In this document: piece after piece, positions 45,846-57,624 of the stretch | Layout: every line of letters starts with the position of its first letter | Position numbering within the stretch: the stretch's first letter is position 1 | Source of the DNA: Actinomycetota bacterium | GTDB lineage: Bacteria > Actinomycetota > CADDZG01 > WHSQ01 | Length of the DNA: 64,000 nt | Assembly (NCBI GenBank): GCA_036260375.1 | Contig: DASZZZ010000065.1 | Location: forward strand, 1,675 to 65,674 | Direction: 5' to 3' | Notes under the pieces: generated by a model | Databases searched by the model: none | The model's input: only the letters and a program-made list of their open reading frames with translations | What the model was told of the DNA's origin: nothing | Program-made: the position numbers and the translations under genes

Positions 45846-47366
45846 ATGACGGAGACCGGCGCGCGCGCCGCGCCCGCGCCCTCTCGCGCGCGCTCGATCG
45901 GAGTTCCCGCGTGGGCACCGGTCGCGGGCGTGACGGCGCTCGCCGCGGTGCTCGCGTTCGCGCTCATCGGCGACAAGAGCGTGTGGCTCGACGAGGCGTT
46001 CTCGATCGGCGTCGCGCAGTCGACGTGGGCCGAGCTGTGGGACGTCGTCACGACGCGTCAGGCCAACATGAGCCCGTTCTACGTGCTGCTCAAGCTGTGG
46101 AGCCCGGTCGGCGACTCCGAGGCCGCGGTGCGCGCGCTGCCGGCCGTGCTCGCGGTCGCGTCCGTGCCGCTCGTGTACGTGCTCGCGCGGCGCGCGTTCG
46201 GGACGGTCGTCGCCGTCGTAGCGGCGGTGCTCCTGGTCGTCAACGCCTTCTTCGTCCAGTACGCGCAGGAGGTGCGCGGCTACTCGATGGTGCTCCTGCT
46301 CGTCACCGCGGCGACGTACCTGCTGGTCGTCGCGGTCGAGGCGGGGGGGCCGCGCTCGTGGACGGCGTACGCGCTCGTCGCGGCGCTGTCCGTCTACGTG
46401 CACTTCTTCGCCGCGTTCGTGCTGCTCGCCCATCTCGTCGCGCTGCCGTTCGCCCCGCGCGTTCGGTGGCGGCGCGCCATCGGCGCGTTCGCCGGCATCG
46501 CGGTGCTCGTCGCGCCCCTCGCGCTCTTCGTCGCGACGCGCGACGTCGGGCAGATCGACTGGATCCCGGAGCCGACGGTGAAGGTCGTGTACGCCGCGCT
46601 CGAAGACGTGACGGGCGGAGGGGGCCCGCTCCCGTTCGCCGCCTACGCCGTCGCCGCCGCGGCAGGTGCGGTCGTCGCGGCGCGCGCTCTGCGCGACCGC
46701 GTCGCGCGCTGGCGCCACGTGCTCGTCGTCGCGTGGGCCGCCCTGCCCGTCGCGCTGAGCCTCGCGCTGTCGCTCGCCGGAAAGCCGATGTTCGTGTCCA
46801 AGTACCTCATCGTCGCCCTTCCCGGGATCGTGATCCTCGCCGCGCTTGGGATCGCGGCGCTGCGGCGCCCTGCGTTCGTCGCCGGCGCGGCCGCTCTGCT
46901 CGTCGCGCTGTCGGGGCTGGGCCTGTACGACTGGTACGGGCGCTACGAGAAGGACGACTGGCGCGGCGCGTCGGCGTTCGTGATGCAACGCGTCGAGCGC
47001 GGCGACGGCATCGTCTTCTACAACGCGCGCGAGCGACGCGGGTTCGAGTACTACGTCGTCGCCCGGGACGACGAGGAGCGCGCGCCGAAGCCGATCTACC
47101 CGCGCCAGCGGTGGGGCGAGCTCGAGGCCGAGCAGCCCAAGCCCGGCAAGCTCGACTTCCGGTGGCTCGCTCGGCAGGTCGGTGCCCGCCGGCGCGTGTG
47201 GCTCGTTCTGTCGCACGAGGGCCGGACGCGCAACAGCCGGAGGACCGCGGCGCGTATTGCAGCCACGATCGAGGACGAGGGACTGCGCGCGCTCGACGAC
47301 GCCCACTTCACGCGCATCGACGTGCGCCTCTACGAGCAGCGGCTGCATCCCGAGATCGAGGAGTAG
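45846..47366 (+). CDS. membrane glycosyltransferase, GT39/ArnT/PMT_2-like (506 aa)
   Basis: The N-terminal loop DKSVWLDEAFS is followed by many TM segments and a soluble C-terminal domain. ATG 45846 lies within track ORF 45300-47366. Confidence 0.65.
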   Translation: MTETGARAAPAPSRARSIGVPAWAPVAGVTALAAVLAFALIGDKSVWLDEAFSIGVAQSTWAELWDVVTTRQANMSPFYVLLKLWSPVGDSEAAVRALPAVLAVASVPLVYVLARRAFGTVVAVVAAVLLVVNAFFVQYAQEVRGYSMVLLLVTAATYLLVVAVEAGGPRSWTAYALVAALSVYVHFFAAFVLLAHLVALPFAPRVRWRRAIGAFAGIAVLVAPLALFVATRDVGQIDWIPEPTVKVVYAALEDVTGGGGPLPFAAYAVAAAAGAVVAARALRDRVARWRHVLVVAWAALPVALSLALSLAGKPMFVSKYLIVALPGIVILAALGIAALRRPAFVAGAAALLVALSGLGLYDWYGRYEKDDWRGASAFVMQRVERGDGIVFYNARERRGFEYYVVARDDEERAPKPIYPRQRWGELEAEQPKPGKLDFRWLARQVGARRRVWLVLSHEGRTRNSRRTAARIAATIEDEGLRALDDAHFTRIDVRLYEQRLHPEIEE

Positions 47367-47375
47367 CGCCTGCCT

Positions 47376-47391
47376 CCTACCGTGCGGTAGG
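47376..47391 (+). terminator. small hairpin after the GT39-like gene (CCTACC-gtgc-GGTAGG then TTAT)
   Basis: 6-bp stem and 4-nt loop, 10 nt after the stop at 47366. Confidence 0.3.
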
Positions 47392-47423
47392 TTATCGAGA
47401 AGCCCCCCGATCGGAAGGAGCCC

Positions 47424-47498
47424 ATGGACGCGCCCCACCCCGCGGCCTCGGGGCCGCACCACCACGCCGGCGGGCACGCCGCCCGTCCGGGGCGATAG
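47424..47498 (+). CDS. candidate upstream small ORF (24 aa, His-rich): MDAPHPAASGPHHHAGGHAARPGR
   Basis: GGAAGGAG ends 3 nt before the ATG. GC3 is high. Its TAG overlaps the AGGAG Shine-Dalgarno of the esterase gene. Confidence 0.3.
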   Translation: MDAPHPAASGPHHHAGGHAARPGR

Positions 47499-47507
47499 GA
47501 GAACGCC

Positions 47508-48467
47508 GTGTCCCTGCATCCCTACTTCCGCGCCCTGCGCGACGAGCACGAGCGCTCGGGCGCGCCGGCGTTGTACGAGATGAGCGTCGAGGACGCCCGC
47601 CGCGCCGACCGGCTCGACACGGCGCGCGCCGCGGGCACGCCCGAGCCCGTCGCGCGCGTCGACGACGTGCCGGTGGCGACGCCCGCCGGCGACGTCCCCC
47701 TGCGCGTCTACCGTCCCCGCGCCGACGACGTACTGCCCGCGCTCGTCTACTTCCACGGCGGGGGTTGGGTCGTCGGCGGCCTCGAGACGGCCGACGCGGT
47801 CTGCCGCAGCCTCGCCAACCGAGCGGGGTGCGTCGTCGTCGCGGTCGGATACCGGAAAGCTCCCGAGAGCAAGTTCCCGGCCGCCGTGGACGACTGTCGC
47901 GCCGCCACCGAGCACGTGGCGCGCGACGCGGCGCGTCTCGGCGTCGACGCCGAACGCATCGCGGTGGGTGGCGACAGCGCCGGTGGGAACCTCGCCGCGG
48001 CCGTGACGCTGCTGGCGCGCGACGAGGGCGGCCCGCGTCTCGCCGCGCAGCTCCTCGTCTATCCCGTGACCGATTACATGGCCGACACGCAGTCGATGCG
48101 CGACGGCGGCGATCCACACCTGTTCAACCGGAAGTCGATGGAGTGGTACTGGGGCCACTATCTCGCCGACGCCGCCAACGCCACCGATCCGCTGGCGTCG
48201 CCCCTGCGCGCCGCCGACCTCGCCGGACTGCCGCCGGCCCTCGTCGTCACCGCCGAGTTCGACCCGTTGCGCGACGAGGGCGAGGCGTACGCGCGACGGC
48301 TCGAGGACGCGGGCGTCGACGTCGAGCTCGTTCGTTACGAGGGGCTCGCGCACGGCTTCTTCACCATGGTGGGCGTCCTCGCCGAGGCGCGCGCCGCGCA
48401 CGACAGGGCGGCGTCGTGGCTGCGCCGCAGGTTCGAAGCACGACGCGAGCCCGGAGGACCGGCATGA
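47508..48467 (+). CDS. alpha/beta hydrolase, hormone-sensitive-lipase-like esterase
   Basis: The HGGGW oxyanion motif, the nucleophile elbow GDSAGG, and a late D...H (DPLRDEG, AHGF). Confidence 0.9.
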   Translation: MSLHPYFRALRDEHERSGAPALYEMSVEDARRADRLDTARAAGTPEPVARVDDVPVATPAGDVPLRVYRPRADDVLPALVYFHGGGWVVGGLETADAVCRSLANRAGCVVVAVGYRKAPESKFPAAVDDCRAATEHVARDAARLGVDAERIAVGGDSAGGNLAAAVTLLARDEGGPRLAAQLLVYPVTDYMADTQSMRDGGDPHLFNRKSMEWYWGHYLADAANATDPLASPLRAADLAGLPPALVVTAEFDPLRDEGEAYARRLEDAGVDVELVRYEGLAHGFFTMVGVLAEARAAHDRAASWLRRRFEARREPGGPA

Positions 48468-49204
48468 CGACCGTGTTGCAGGCCGCGTTGAACGGAGCGC
48501 GCAGTCCGCGCGAGCACCCCGCGATCCCGCGCACGCCGGCCGAGCTCGCCGCCGCCGCGCGCGCGTCGGTCGACGCGGGGGCGCGCACGCTGCATCTCCA
48601 CGCGTACGACGACGACGGGCGCGAGACGCTCGACGCGAAGGCGTGTGCCGAGACGTTGCGCGCGGTCCGGGCGGCGTGCCCGGGCGTCCCCATATCGATG
48701 ACGACCGTGGAGGGGATCGCGGCCGACCCCGCGCACCGTCTCGAGCTGATCGCGCGCTGGACGGAGCTGCCGGACCTCGTCACGGCGAACATGGGCGAGA
48801 CCGGGATCGGGGAGCTCTGCGAGCATCTCCTCGGCCGCGGCGTGGGCATCGAGGCGGGCGTGCTGAGCGTCGGGGACGCGGAGGCGTTCGTGCGCTCCGG
48901 CCTCGCCGGCCGGTGCGAGCGCGTCCTCGTCGAGCCGCTCGACCTCGACCCGGACGACGCCGTGGAGCACGCGGCCGCGATCGAGGCCGTCGTGACGGCC
49001 GCGGGGATAGAACTGGAGCAGGTACATCACGGCGACGGGCTCGCGAGCTGGGCGGTGTGCCGGCGCGGGCTGCGGCGCGGGCACGGCATTCGCACGGGCC
49101 TCGAGGACACGCTCGTGCTCTCCGACGGGACGCGCGCCCGCGACAACGCGCATCTCGTCGCGCACGCGACGCGCTTGATCGCGGAGTCGTCGGCCGGCGC
49201 GTGA
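48464..49204 (+). CDS. 3-keto-5-aminohexanoate cleavage enzyme family (BKACE/DUF849) protein
   Basis: LQAALNGAR near the N-terminus, HLH and a late GLED are the BKACE pattern as I recall it. ATGA overlap with the esterase gene. Confidence 0.6.
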   Translation: MTTVLQAALNGARSPREHPAIPRTPAELAAAARASVDAGARTLHLHAYDDDGRETLDAKACAETLRAVRAACPGVPISMTTVEGIAADPAHRLELIARWTELPDLVTANMGETGIGELCEHLLGRGVGIEAGVLSVGDAEAFVRSGLAGRCERVLVEPLDLDPDDAVEHAAAIEAVVTAAGIELEQVHHGDGLASWAVCRRGLRRGHGIRTGLEDTLVLSDGTRARDNAHLVAHATRLIAESSAGA

Positions 49205-49233
49205 GCGCGCGCCGCGCGGCTCGTTCGTAGGGC

Positions 49234-52200
49234 GTGGCGCGCAGTACGATCGGGACAGTGGCGTCTCTGGCCCCCCTGCTGGACCTCCTCCCGGACGAGC
49301 GCGTGCGTGCGCTCGCGGACGCGCGCGCGCCGGTAACGGCCCCCGAGCCCGTTCGCCCGTTCCTTCTCGCCTCGCTCGTGCGCCACCTCGGCGCGCCAGT
49401 GCTGGCGGTCGCGGCGCGCGCCGAGGAGGCCGAGGCCCTCGCGCGCGACGTCCATGCGTTCCTCGGGCGCGACGGCGCCGACGTGTTCCCGGGCTGGGAG
49501 GTGCTCCCGGGCGAGCCGCTGTCGCCGTCGGTGGAGACGATGGGCCGGCGCATGCACGTCCTCGCGCGCCTCGCCCGTGGCGAGCGGTTCGTGATCGCGA
49601 CGACCGCCCAGGGCGCGACGCAGCTCGTCGCGCCGCCGCCCGACGACCTCGACGTCGTCGTGCTCCGCGCCGGCGGCGAGCTCGACCTCGACGCGCTCGC
49701 CGAGCGGCTGGTCGAGATGGGCTACGAGCGCAACTACATCGTCGAGCGACGCGGCGAGTTCGCCGTCCGCGGCGGCATCGTCGACGTCTTCCCGCCCGCG
49801 CTCGAGCGGCCGGTGCGCGCCGAGCTGTGGGGCGACGAGGTCTCGTCGCTGCGCCTGTTCGCGCTCGCGTCCCAGCGCAGCCTCGACGCGATCGAGGAGG
49901 TCGAGATCGCGCCGTGCCGCGAGCTGCGCGCGACTGCGGACGTCCGCCGGCGCGCCGCCGAGCTCGCACGCGACGACGCCGATCCCGTCCTCGCGCAGCT
50001 CGCGGAGGGCGTGATCGAGCCGGGAGCCGAGCGGCTGCTGCCGCGCCTGACCGGCGGGCTCGTGCCGCTCGCGTCGCTGCTGCCGGACGGCGCGCCGGTC
50101 GTGGTGCTCGAGCCGAAGCGCGTGCGCGACCGCGCCGACGAGGTCGCGGAGCAGGTGCGCGAGTGGGTCGCGGCGTCGGGGGCCGCGTCGGAGCACTACG
50201 CGTCGCTCGACGACGCGCTCGGCCCGGCGTCGTCGCTCGTGCTGATGTCGAGCTTCCACGACGCATCGTCCGAGGCGGTCGCGGCCGAGACGTGGACGAA
50301 CACGGCCGGCAAGCCCGAGGAGCTCGCGACGCGTCTCGGCGCGCTCGTGCGCGGCGGCTACCGCGCGGTCGTCGCCGCGTCGCTGCCCGAGACGGCCGAG
50401 CGCCTGAGCCGCAATCTCGGACAGCTCGGCGTGCGCGCGCCGGTCGCCGAGCGCGCGCCGTCGCCGCGCGACGCCGCCGGCGCGTCGGTCGTGGTCGCGG
50501 AGCTCGGACGCGGCTTCGTGCTGCCGTGGGCGCGGCTCGCGCTCGTCGCCGAGTCGGACATCACCGGGCGCCGCTCGGGCGCGTCGCGGCGTCGCATCGC
50601 GGCACGCCGGCGCGAGACGAGCGGGCCGCTCGACCTGTCGGTGGGCGACCTCGTCGTCCACGAGGTGCACGGCATCGGCACGTACCAGGGCATGGTCGAG
50701 CGCGAGCTGCTCGGCGTCCATCGCGAGTACCTCGTCGTCGAGTACGCGAAGGGCGACCGTCTCTACGTGCCGTCGGAGGCCGTCGACCTCGTGTCGAAGT
50801 TCGTCGGCGGCGAGGCCCCCAAGATCTCGCGGCTCGGCTCCGGGGAGTGGGCGCGCACCAAGGCGCGCGTGCGCCGGCGCGTGCGCCAGATCGCGTCCGA
50901 GCTCGTCGAGCTGTACTCCAAGCGCCTGCGCTCGCCGGGCCATGCGTTCGGGCCCGACACGCCGTGGCAACGCGAGCTCGAGGACTCGTTCCCGTACGAG
51001 GAGACGCCCGACCAGATGCGCGCGGTCGACGAGGTCAAGGACGACATGGAGCGGCCCGTGCCGATGGACCGGCTCGTGTGCGGCGACGTCGGCTACGGCA
51101 AGACGGAGATCGCCGTGCGCGCCGCGTTCAAGGCCGTGTCCCAGAACAAGCAGGTCGCGGTGCTCGTCCCCACGACTCTGCTGGCGCAACAGCACCACGC
51201 GACCTTCGTCGAGCGCTTCCGCCACTTCCCCGTGCGCGTCGAGATGCTGTCGCGTTTCCTGTCGCCGGGCGAGGCGCGCAAGGTCGTCGCGGACCTCGCT
51301 GCCGGCAAGGTCGACGTCGTCGTCGGAACGCACCGGCTGCTCCAGTCGGACGTGTCGTTCGCCGACCTCGGGCTCGTCGTCGTCGACGAGGAGCAGCGCT
51401 TCGGGGTCGAGCACAAGGAGAAGCTCAAGTCGCTTCGCACCAGTGTCGACGTGCTCACGCTCACGGCGACGCCGATCCCGCGCACGCTCGAGATGGCGAT
51501 GTCGGGGATCCGCGACATGTCGATCGTCGACACGCCGCCCGAGAACCGGCATCCCGTCATGACCTACGTCGGCGAGTTCGACGACACCACGGTCGCGTCG
51601 GCGATCCGGCGAGAGCTGCTGCGCGACGGGCAGGTGTTCTACGTCCACAACCGCGTCGACACGATCCAGCACGCCGCGCGCCACGTGCAGGAGCTCGTGC
51701 CCGACGCGCGCGTCGGCGTCGCGCACGGCCAGATGGACGAGCGCGCGCTGGAGCAGGCGATGCTCGACTTCGGCGACGCCAAGACCAACGTGCTCGTGTG
51801 TACGACGATCATCGAGTCGGGCCTCGACATCCCGACCGTCAACACGCTGATCGTCGACCGTGCCGACCTGCTCGGGCTGTCGCAGATGTACCAGCTGCGT
51901 GGACGCGTGGGCCGGGCGCACGAGCGCGCCTACGCGTACCTGTTCTTCCCGCCCGACCGCTCGATGACCGAGGCCGCGCACGAGCGCCTCAAGACGATCG
52001 CGGAGCACACGGGCCTCGGGTCGGGCGTGCGCGTCGCGATGCGCGACCTCGAGATCCGGGGGGCCGGGAACCTGCTCGGCGCCGAGCAGTCGGGCCACAT
52101 CGCCGAGGTCGGTTTCGAGCTCTACGTCAAGCTGATGGCGAGCGCGTTCGACGAGGCCAAGGGCGTGCCGTGGCAGGAGGACGTCGAGGTCCGTATCGAC

Positions 52201-52620
52201 CTGCCGCTCGACGCGTACATCCCGAAGGGCTACGTCGCCGACGAGAACCTGCGCCTCGAGGCGTACCGGCGCATCGCCGGCGCGCGCTCGTCCGACGAGC
52301 TCGCCGAGGTGCGGGCCGAGCTGGAGGATCGCTACGGCGCGCCGGTGCCGGCCCCCGTCGACGCGCTGTTCGAGGTCGCGTCGCTGCGCAGCCTCATGGT
52401 GTCGGCCGGCATCGCCGAGGCCGCGACCGTGGCGCGCAACCTGCGCGTCCGTCCGATCGAGCTGGAGGACTCGCGCGTCGTCCGGCTGAAGCGGCTGCTG
52501 CCCGACGCGGAGTGGCGTCCGAGCACGCGCACGCTGTTGATCCCGCAGCGCGCCGTGCCGTCGGCGGGCGTGGTCGCGTGGCTGTCGGACCTGCTGCGCC
52601 AGCTGCTGCCCGCGGCGTGA
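49234..52620 (+). CDS. mfd: transcription-repair coupling factor
   Basis: 1128 aa. CarD/TRCF domain (VVHEVHGIGTYQG), helicase motifs GDVGYGKTE, DEEQRFG, TATPIPRT and QLRGRVGR, plus a TRG motif. Confidence 0.95.
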   Translation: MARSTIGTVASLAPLLDLLPDERVRALADARAPVTAPEPVRPFLLASLVRHLGAPVLAVAARAEEAEALARDVHAFLGRDGADVFPGWEVLPGEPLSPSVETMGRRMHVLARLARGERFVIATTAQGATQLVAPPPDDLDVVVLRAGGELDLDALAERLVEMGYERNYIVERRGEFAVRGGIVDVFPPALERPVRAELWGDEVSSLRLFALASQRSLDAIEEVEIAPCRELRATADVRRRAAELARDDADPVLAQLAEGVIEPGAERLLPRLTGGLVPLASLLPDGAPVVVLEPKRVRDRADEVAEQVREWVAASGAASEHYASLDDALGPASSLVLMSSFHDASSEAVAAETWTNTAGKPEELATRLGALVRGGYRAVVAASLPETAERLSRNLGQLGVRAPVAERAPSPRDAAGASVVVAELGRGFVLPWARLALVAESDITGRRSGASRRRIAARRRETSGPLDLSVGDLVVHEVHGIGTYQGMVERELLGVHREYLVVEYAKGDRLYVPSEAVDLVSKFVGGEAPKISRLGSGEWARTKARVRRRVRQIASELVELYSKRLRSPGHAFGPDTPWQRELEDSFPYEETPDQMRAVDEVKDDMERPVPMDRLVCGDVGYGKTEIAVRAAFKAVSQNKQVAVLVPTTLLAQQHHATFVERFRHFPVRVEMLSRFLSPGEARKVVADLAAGKVDVVVGTHRLLQSDVSFADLGLVVVDEEQRFGVEHKEKLKSLRTSVDVLTLTATPIPRTLEMAMSGIRDMSIVDTPPENRHPVMTYVGEFDDTTVASAIRRELLRDGQVFYVHNRVDTIQHAARHVQELVPDARVGVAHGQMDERALEQAMLDFGDAKTNVLVCTTIIESGLDIPTVNTLIVDRADLLGLSQMYQLRGRVGRAHERAYAYLFFPPDRSMTEAAHERLKTIAEHTGLGSGVRVAMRDLEIRGAGNLLGAEQSGHIAEVGFELYVKLMASAFDEAKGVPWQEDVEVRIDLPLDAYIPKGYVADENLRLEAYRRIAGARSSDELAEVRAELEDRYGAPVPAPVDALFEVASLRSLMVSAGIAEAATVARNLRVRPIELEDSRVVRLKRLLPDAEWRPSTRTLLIPQRAVPSAGVVAWLSDLLRQLLPAA

Positions 52621-52773
52621 CGCCGGCGCCGATGCCGACGGAGCTTCCCGCGTACACGCGGAGGACGCGCGGCCGCGTCGTTCCCGTCCCCGCCCGCGTC
52701 GCCGACGACCTGCCCGCGGCAGCGAACGGTCGAGCGGTTCGGGCGCCACGCGCGAACGAATAGGCTGGCCGCC

Positions 52774-53847
52774 ATGCGCAGGATCGTCCGGAGCGCGCTG
52801 GCGGGAGCGCTCGTGGCGCTCGTGGGGGCCGCTTGCGGCGAGCTCACCGAGCCCGCCGCGGCCACCGTCGGCGACGACAAGATCACCATCGAGGAGGTCG
52901 ACCGCGTCGTCGACCGCCACCGCACGAGCCCCGCGTTCGAGCAGGCCGCGCAGCAGGGAGACCCCGACGAGGTCGCGCGCCAGTTCGAGCAGAGCTACCT
53001 GACGCGCCTCATCCGCCGCGCCGTGCTCGTGCCGGAGGCGGCCGAGCTCGGCATCGAGGTCACCGACGAGGACGTCGACCAGCGGCTCGAGCAGATCGAG
53101 GCGGACCTCGAGGCCCAGGGCAACGAGCTCGGCGACGTCATCGAGCAGCAGGGCCTGACGCTCGAGCTCGTGCGCCAGTTCGTGCGCGACGACGAGCTCG
53201 AGCAGCGGCTGCGCGCCGAGGTGACCAAGGGGTCTCTGCCGACCGACGAGGAGCTGGAGGCGGAGTACGAGCGCCGGCGCGGCGAGTTCACCGAGACCGA
53301 GGTGCAGCACATCCTCGTGGAGGACGGACGCCTGGCGCGCGACCTCGTCATCCAGCTGCGCAACGCCCAGGACCGCTTCGGCGCCGACTCCAATAAGGTC
53401 GACGACCTCTTCGCCAAGCTCGCCGAGAAGCACTCGACCGACCCCGGCAGCGCGCGGCGCGGCGGCAACCTCGGGACGTTCCGGGCCGGCCAGTTCGTGC
53501 CCGAGTTCGAGCGGGCCGCCGACGCGCTCTCGCCGGGGGAGATATCCGACCCGGTGCGGTCGGAGTTCGGGTGGCACGTCATCCGTGTCCTCGGCCGAAA
53601 GACCGACACGTTCGAGTCCGTGCGGGAGCAGCTGTCCCAGGACCTCGCCGGCGCCCGCGCCGAGAGCGAGTGGTCGAGCTGGCTCGAGGACGTCTTCGGC
53701 GCCGCCGAGATCGAGGTCAACCCCCGCTTCGGAGAGTTCGACCCGGCCAGCGGCCAGGTCGTCGATGCCGGCGCCGGCTCACTGCCGGGCGCCGCGACGC
53801 CCGCGGCACCGCCGTCGCCGTCGCCCGGCGGCGACGGCCAGAGCTAG
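52774..53847 (+). CDS. parvulin-type peptidyl-prolyl isomerase (PrsA/SurA-like), probable lipoprotein
   Basis: N-terminal LVGAAC lipobox-like signal, a SurA_N-like helical region, and the parvulin core VQHILV...GG.LG.F..GQFVPEFE.A...L..GE.S.PV.S.FGWHVI. Confidence 0.85.
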   Translation: MRRIVRSALAGALVALVGAACGELTEPAAATVGDDKITIEEVDRVVDRHRTSPAFEQAAQQGDPDEVARQFEQSYLTRLIRRAVLVPEAAELGIEVTDEDVDQRLEQIEADLEAQGNELGDVIEQQGLTLELVRQFVRDDELEQRLRAEVTKGSLPTDEELEAEYERRRGEFTETEVQHILVEDGRLARDLVIQLRNAQDRFGADSNKVDDLFAKLAEKHSTDPGSARRGGNLGTFRAGQFVPEFERAADALSPGEISDPVRSEFGWHVIRVLGRKTDTFESVREQLSQDLAGARAESEWSSWLEDVFGAAEIEVNPRFGEFDPASGQVVDAGAGSLPGAATPAAPPSPSPGGDGQS

Positions 53848-53853
53848 GGCGCG

Positions 53854-54810
53854 ATGCCGCTGCTCGTCGTGCCGCTCGCCGCGTCGGAGGCGGGGTGGTT
53901 GACGCTCGACGAGTGGGACGCGCTGCGAGCGTGCGAGCGCGTCGTGTTCGAGCGCGCCGATCATCCGCTCGCGGCGCGCCTCGCGCGCGCCGGCGTCGCG
54001 GTCGCGGCGCTCGACGGCGAGCCGGACGCGGGCGCGGCCGGCGGCGCGCTCGTCGCCGACCCCGACTCGGAGCTCGTCGTCCGCCTCGCGCGCGCCGGGG
54101 CGTCCGTGACGGCCGGCGCCGCCCGGCCCCCCGACGCGCTCACCGCGGCGCACGGCGCGGTGGTGGCGCGCCGCGCGGCGTCGTCGCTCGCGACCGCGGC
54201 GCTGGTGATGGCGCGCCTGCGGAGCCCGGACGGGTGTCCGTGGGACCGCGAGCAGACGCACGAGTCGCTCCAGGTGCACCTGCTCGAGGAGGCGCACGAG
54301 GTGATCGACGCGATCGAGCACGGGGCGGTGGAGGCCGAGCTCCGGGAGGAGCTCGGCGACCTCCTGATGCAGGTCGCGTTCCACGCGCAGCTCGCCGCCG
54401 ACGACGGCCGCTTCGACGTCGCCGACGTCGCCGACGCCATCGTCGCCAAGCTCGTGCACCGGCACCCGCACGTCTTCGCCGACGTCGAGGTCTCCGACGC
54501 GGCCGAGGTCGTGACGAACTGGGAGGCGCTCAAGCGGGCCGAGAAGGAGCGCACGGGCCCGTTCGACGACATCCCGCGCTCGCTGCCGGCGCTCCTGTGG
54601 ACCTACAAGGCCCAGAAGCGCGCCGCGGCGCTCGGGTTCCGCGCCGACGCCGACGACGCCGCCCGCCGCGCCCGCGCCGCCGTCGACGCCGGCGACGTCG
54701 GCGACGCGCTGTTCTGGGTCGTCGCCGTGGCCCGTGCCCGGGGGCTCGATCCCGAGGGCGCCCTGCGCCGCGCCGCCACGAGGTGGCGCGGCGGGATCGC
54801 CGCCGAGTGA
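53854..54810 (+). CDS. mazG: nucleoside triphosphate pyrophosphohydrolase MazG (with N-terminal extension)
   Basis: CPWDREQTHESL..HLLEEAHEV..AI and EELGDLL.QV.FHA are MazG motifs. A second degenerate MazG-like repeat lies at the C-terminus. Confidence 0.9.
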   Translation: MPLLVVPLAASEAGWLTLDEWDALRACERVVFERADHPLAARLARAGVAVAALDGEPDAGAAGGALVADPDSELVVRLARAGASVTAGAARPPDALTAAHGAVVARRAASSLATAALVMARLRSPDGCPWDREQTHESLQVHLLEEAHEVIDAIEHGAVEAELREELGDLLMQVAFHAQLAADDGRFDVADVADAIVAKLVHRHPHVFADVEVSDAAEVVTNWEALKRAEKERTGPFDDIPRSLPALLWTYKAQKRAAALGFRADADDAARRARAAVDAGDVGDALFWVVAVARARGLDPEGALRRAATRWRGGIAAE

Positions 54811-54900
54811 CGAGCCCACCCCGAAACCCTCACGTCGAAATAGACGCTTTGCCGCCGTCAGACCTCCGCGCCTGCTACCCTGCCGTGTTACGGATGTTGA

Positions 54901-56816
<1,916 letters not shown>

Positions 56817-56868
56817 GAACCGCGCGCCGCCGGCAGGAACGCGCGCACGGGGCGCGAACGCGGACCGG

Positions 56869-57246
56869 ATGCCTCCCGCCCCCGGCGCCCGCGCGTCCCG
56901 CCGCGCTCCCAAGCCGCGGCGTGCCGCGCGCGGCCGCCCGCGCCTGCTCGCCGGCGGCGCGGCGGCGATCCGCTGGGACCGCGTGTCGCGCGTCGCGCTG
57001 CTCGCCGTCCTCCTCGGCCTGGTGCTGCTCTACGCGGGCCCGGCGCGCTCGTACTGGGACACGATGCAGCAGGCCAAGCAGCGCCGCGCCGAGGTGGCCG
57101 AGCTCAAGCGCGAGAACGAGCGTCTGCGCGAGCGTCGGCGCGCGCTGCGCTCGGCCGGGGCGCTCGAGCGCGAGGCGCGGCGGCTCGGCATGACGAGGCC
57201 CGGCGAGCGGCCATACGTCGTCGAGAACCTCCCGAAGGGCCCCTGA
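56869..57246 (+). CDS. ftsB: septum formation initiator family protein (FtsB/DivIC-like)
   Basis: A basic N-terminus, one TM segment (VALLAVLLGLVLLY), then a coiled coil with LKRENERLRERRRAL and the C-terminal LE.EARRLGM..PGE motif. Confidence 0.8.
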   Translation: MPPAPGARASRRAPKPRRAARGRPRLLAGGAAAIRWDRVSRVALLAVLLGLVLLYAGPARSYWDTMQQAKQRRAEVAELKRENERLRERRRALRSAGALEREARRLGMTRPGERPYVVENLPKGP

Positions 57247-57292
57247 CCGGCGCCGCGGAGGCCGGTCGCGGACGCGCGAGTACCCTGGCCGC

Positions 57293-57616
57293 GTGGCCTT
57301 CGACACGGCGATCCACCAGTGGCGGGAGGGCGAGCGGCGCCTCGACGCCGCGCCTGCCCAGCAGCGCCCCGCGCTCGACCGAGTGACCGAGGCGATCGTC
57401 CGCGAGCTGCGCCGGCGCCTCGGCGGCCCGTTCACCAGCGACGAGCTCGCCGACCTCTACGAGCGCGGCACGGACTGGACGCTCGGCGTCGCGGTGTCCG
57501 TCGCCCCGGGCGCCCCGTTCGCGTGGGACCCGCGCACCGTGGCCGACGCGGCGTTCGCACGATACCTGCGCGAGGCGCAGGACTTCGCCGGCGGCCGTCG
57601 CATCGACGTCGGGTAG
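57293..57616 (+). CDS. hypothetical protein (107 aa)
   Basis: Track ORF with normal composition and a GTG start. No family recognised. Confidence 0.5.
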   Translation: MAFDTAIHQWREGERRLDAAPAQQRPALDRVTEAIVRELRRRLGGPFTSDELADLYERGTDWTLGVAVSVAPGAPFAWDPRTVADAAFARYLREAQDFAGGRRIDVG

Positions 57617-57624
57617 CCGCGGGC

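Noticed and set aside
45911-48463. Upstream part of the 1097-aa ORF 45911-49204, and the 1139-aa minus ORF 44982-48401 beyond azlC
   Set aside because: The sequence is Arg/Gly/Ala-rich shadow. The real genes here are the GT39-like protein, the esterase and BKACE (plus strand) and azlC (minus strand, only up to 45683).
49027-53577. 1516-aa minus-strand ORF antisense to mfd and the PPIase gene
   Set aside because: It is a shadow frame. mfd helicase motifs are all on the plus strand.
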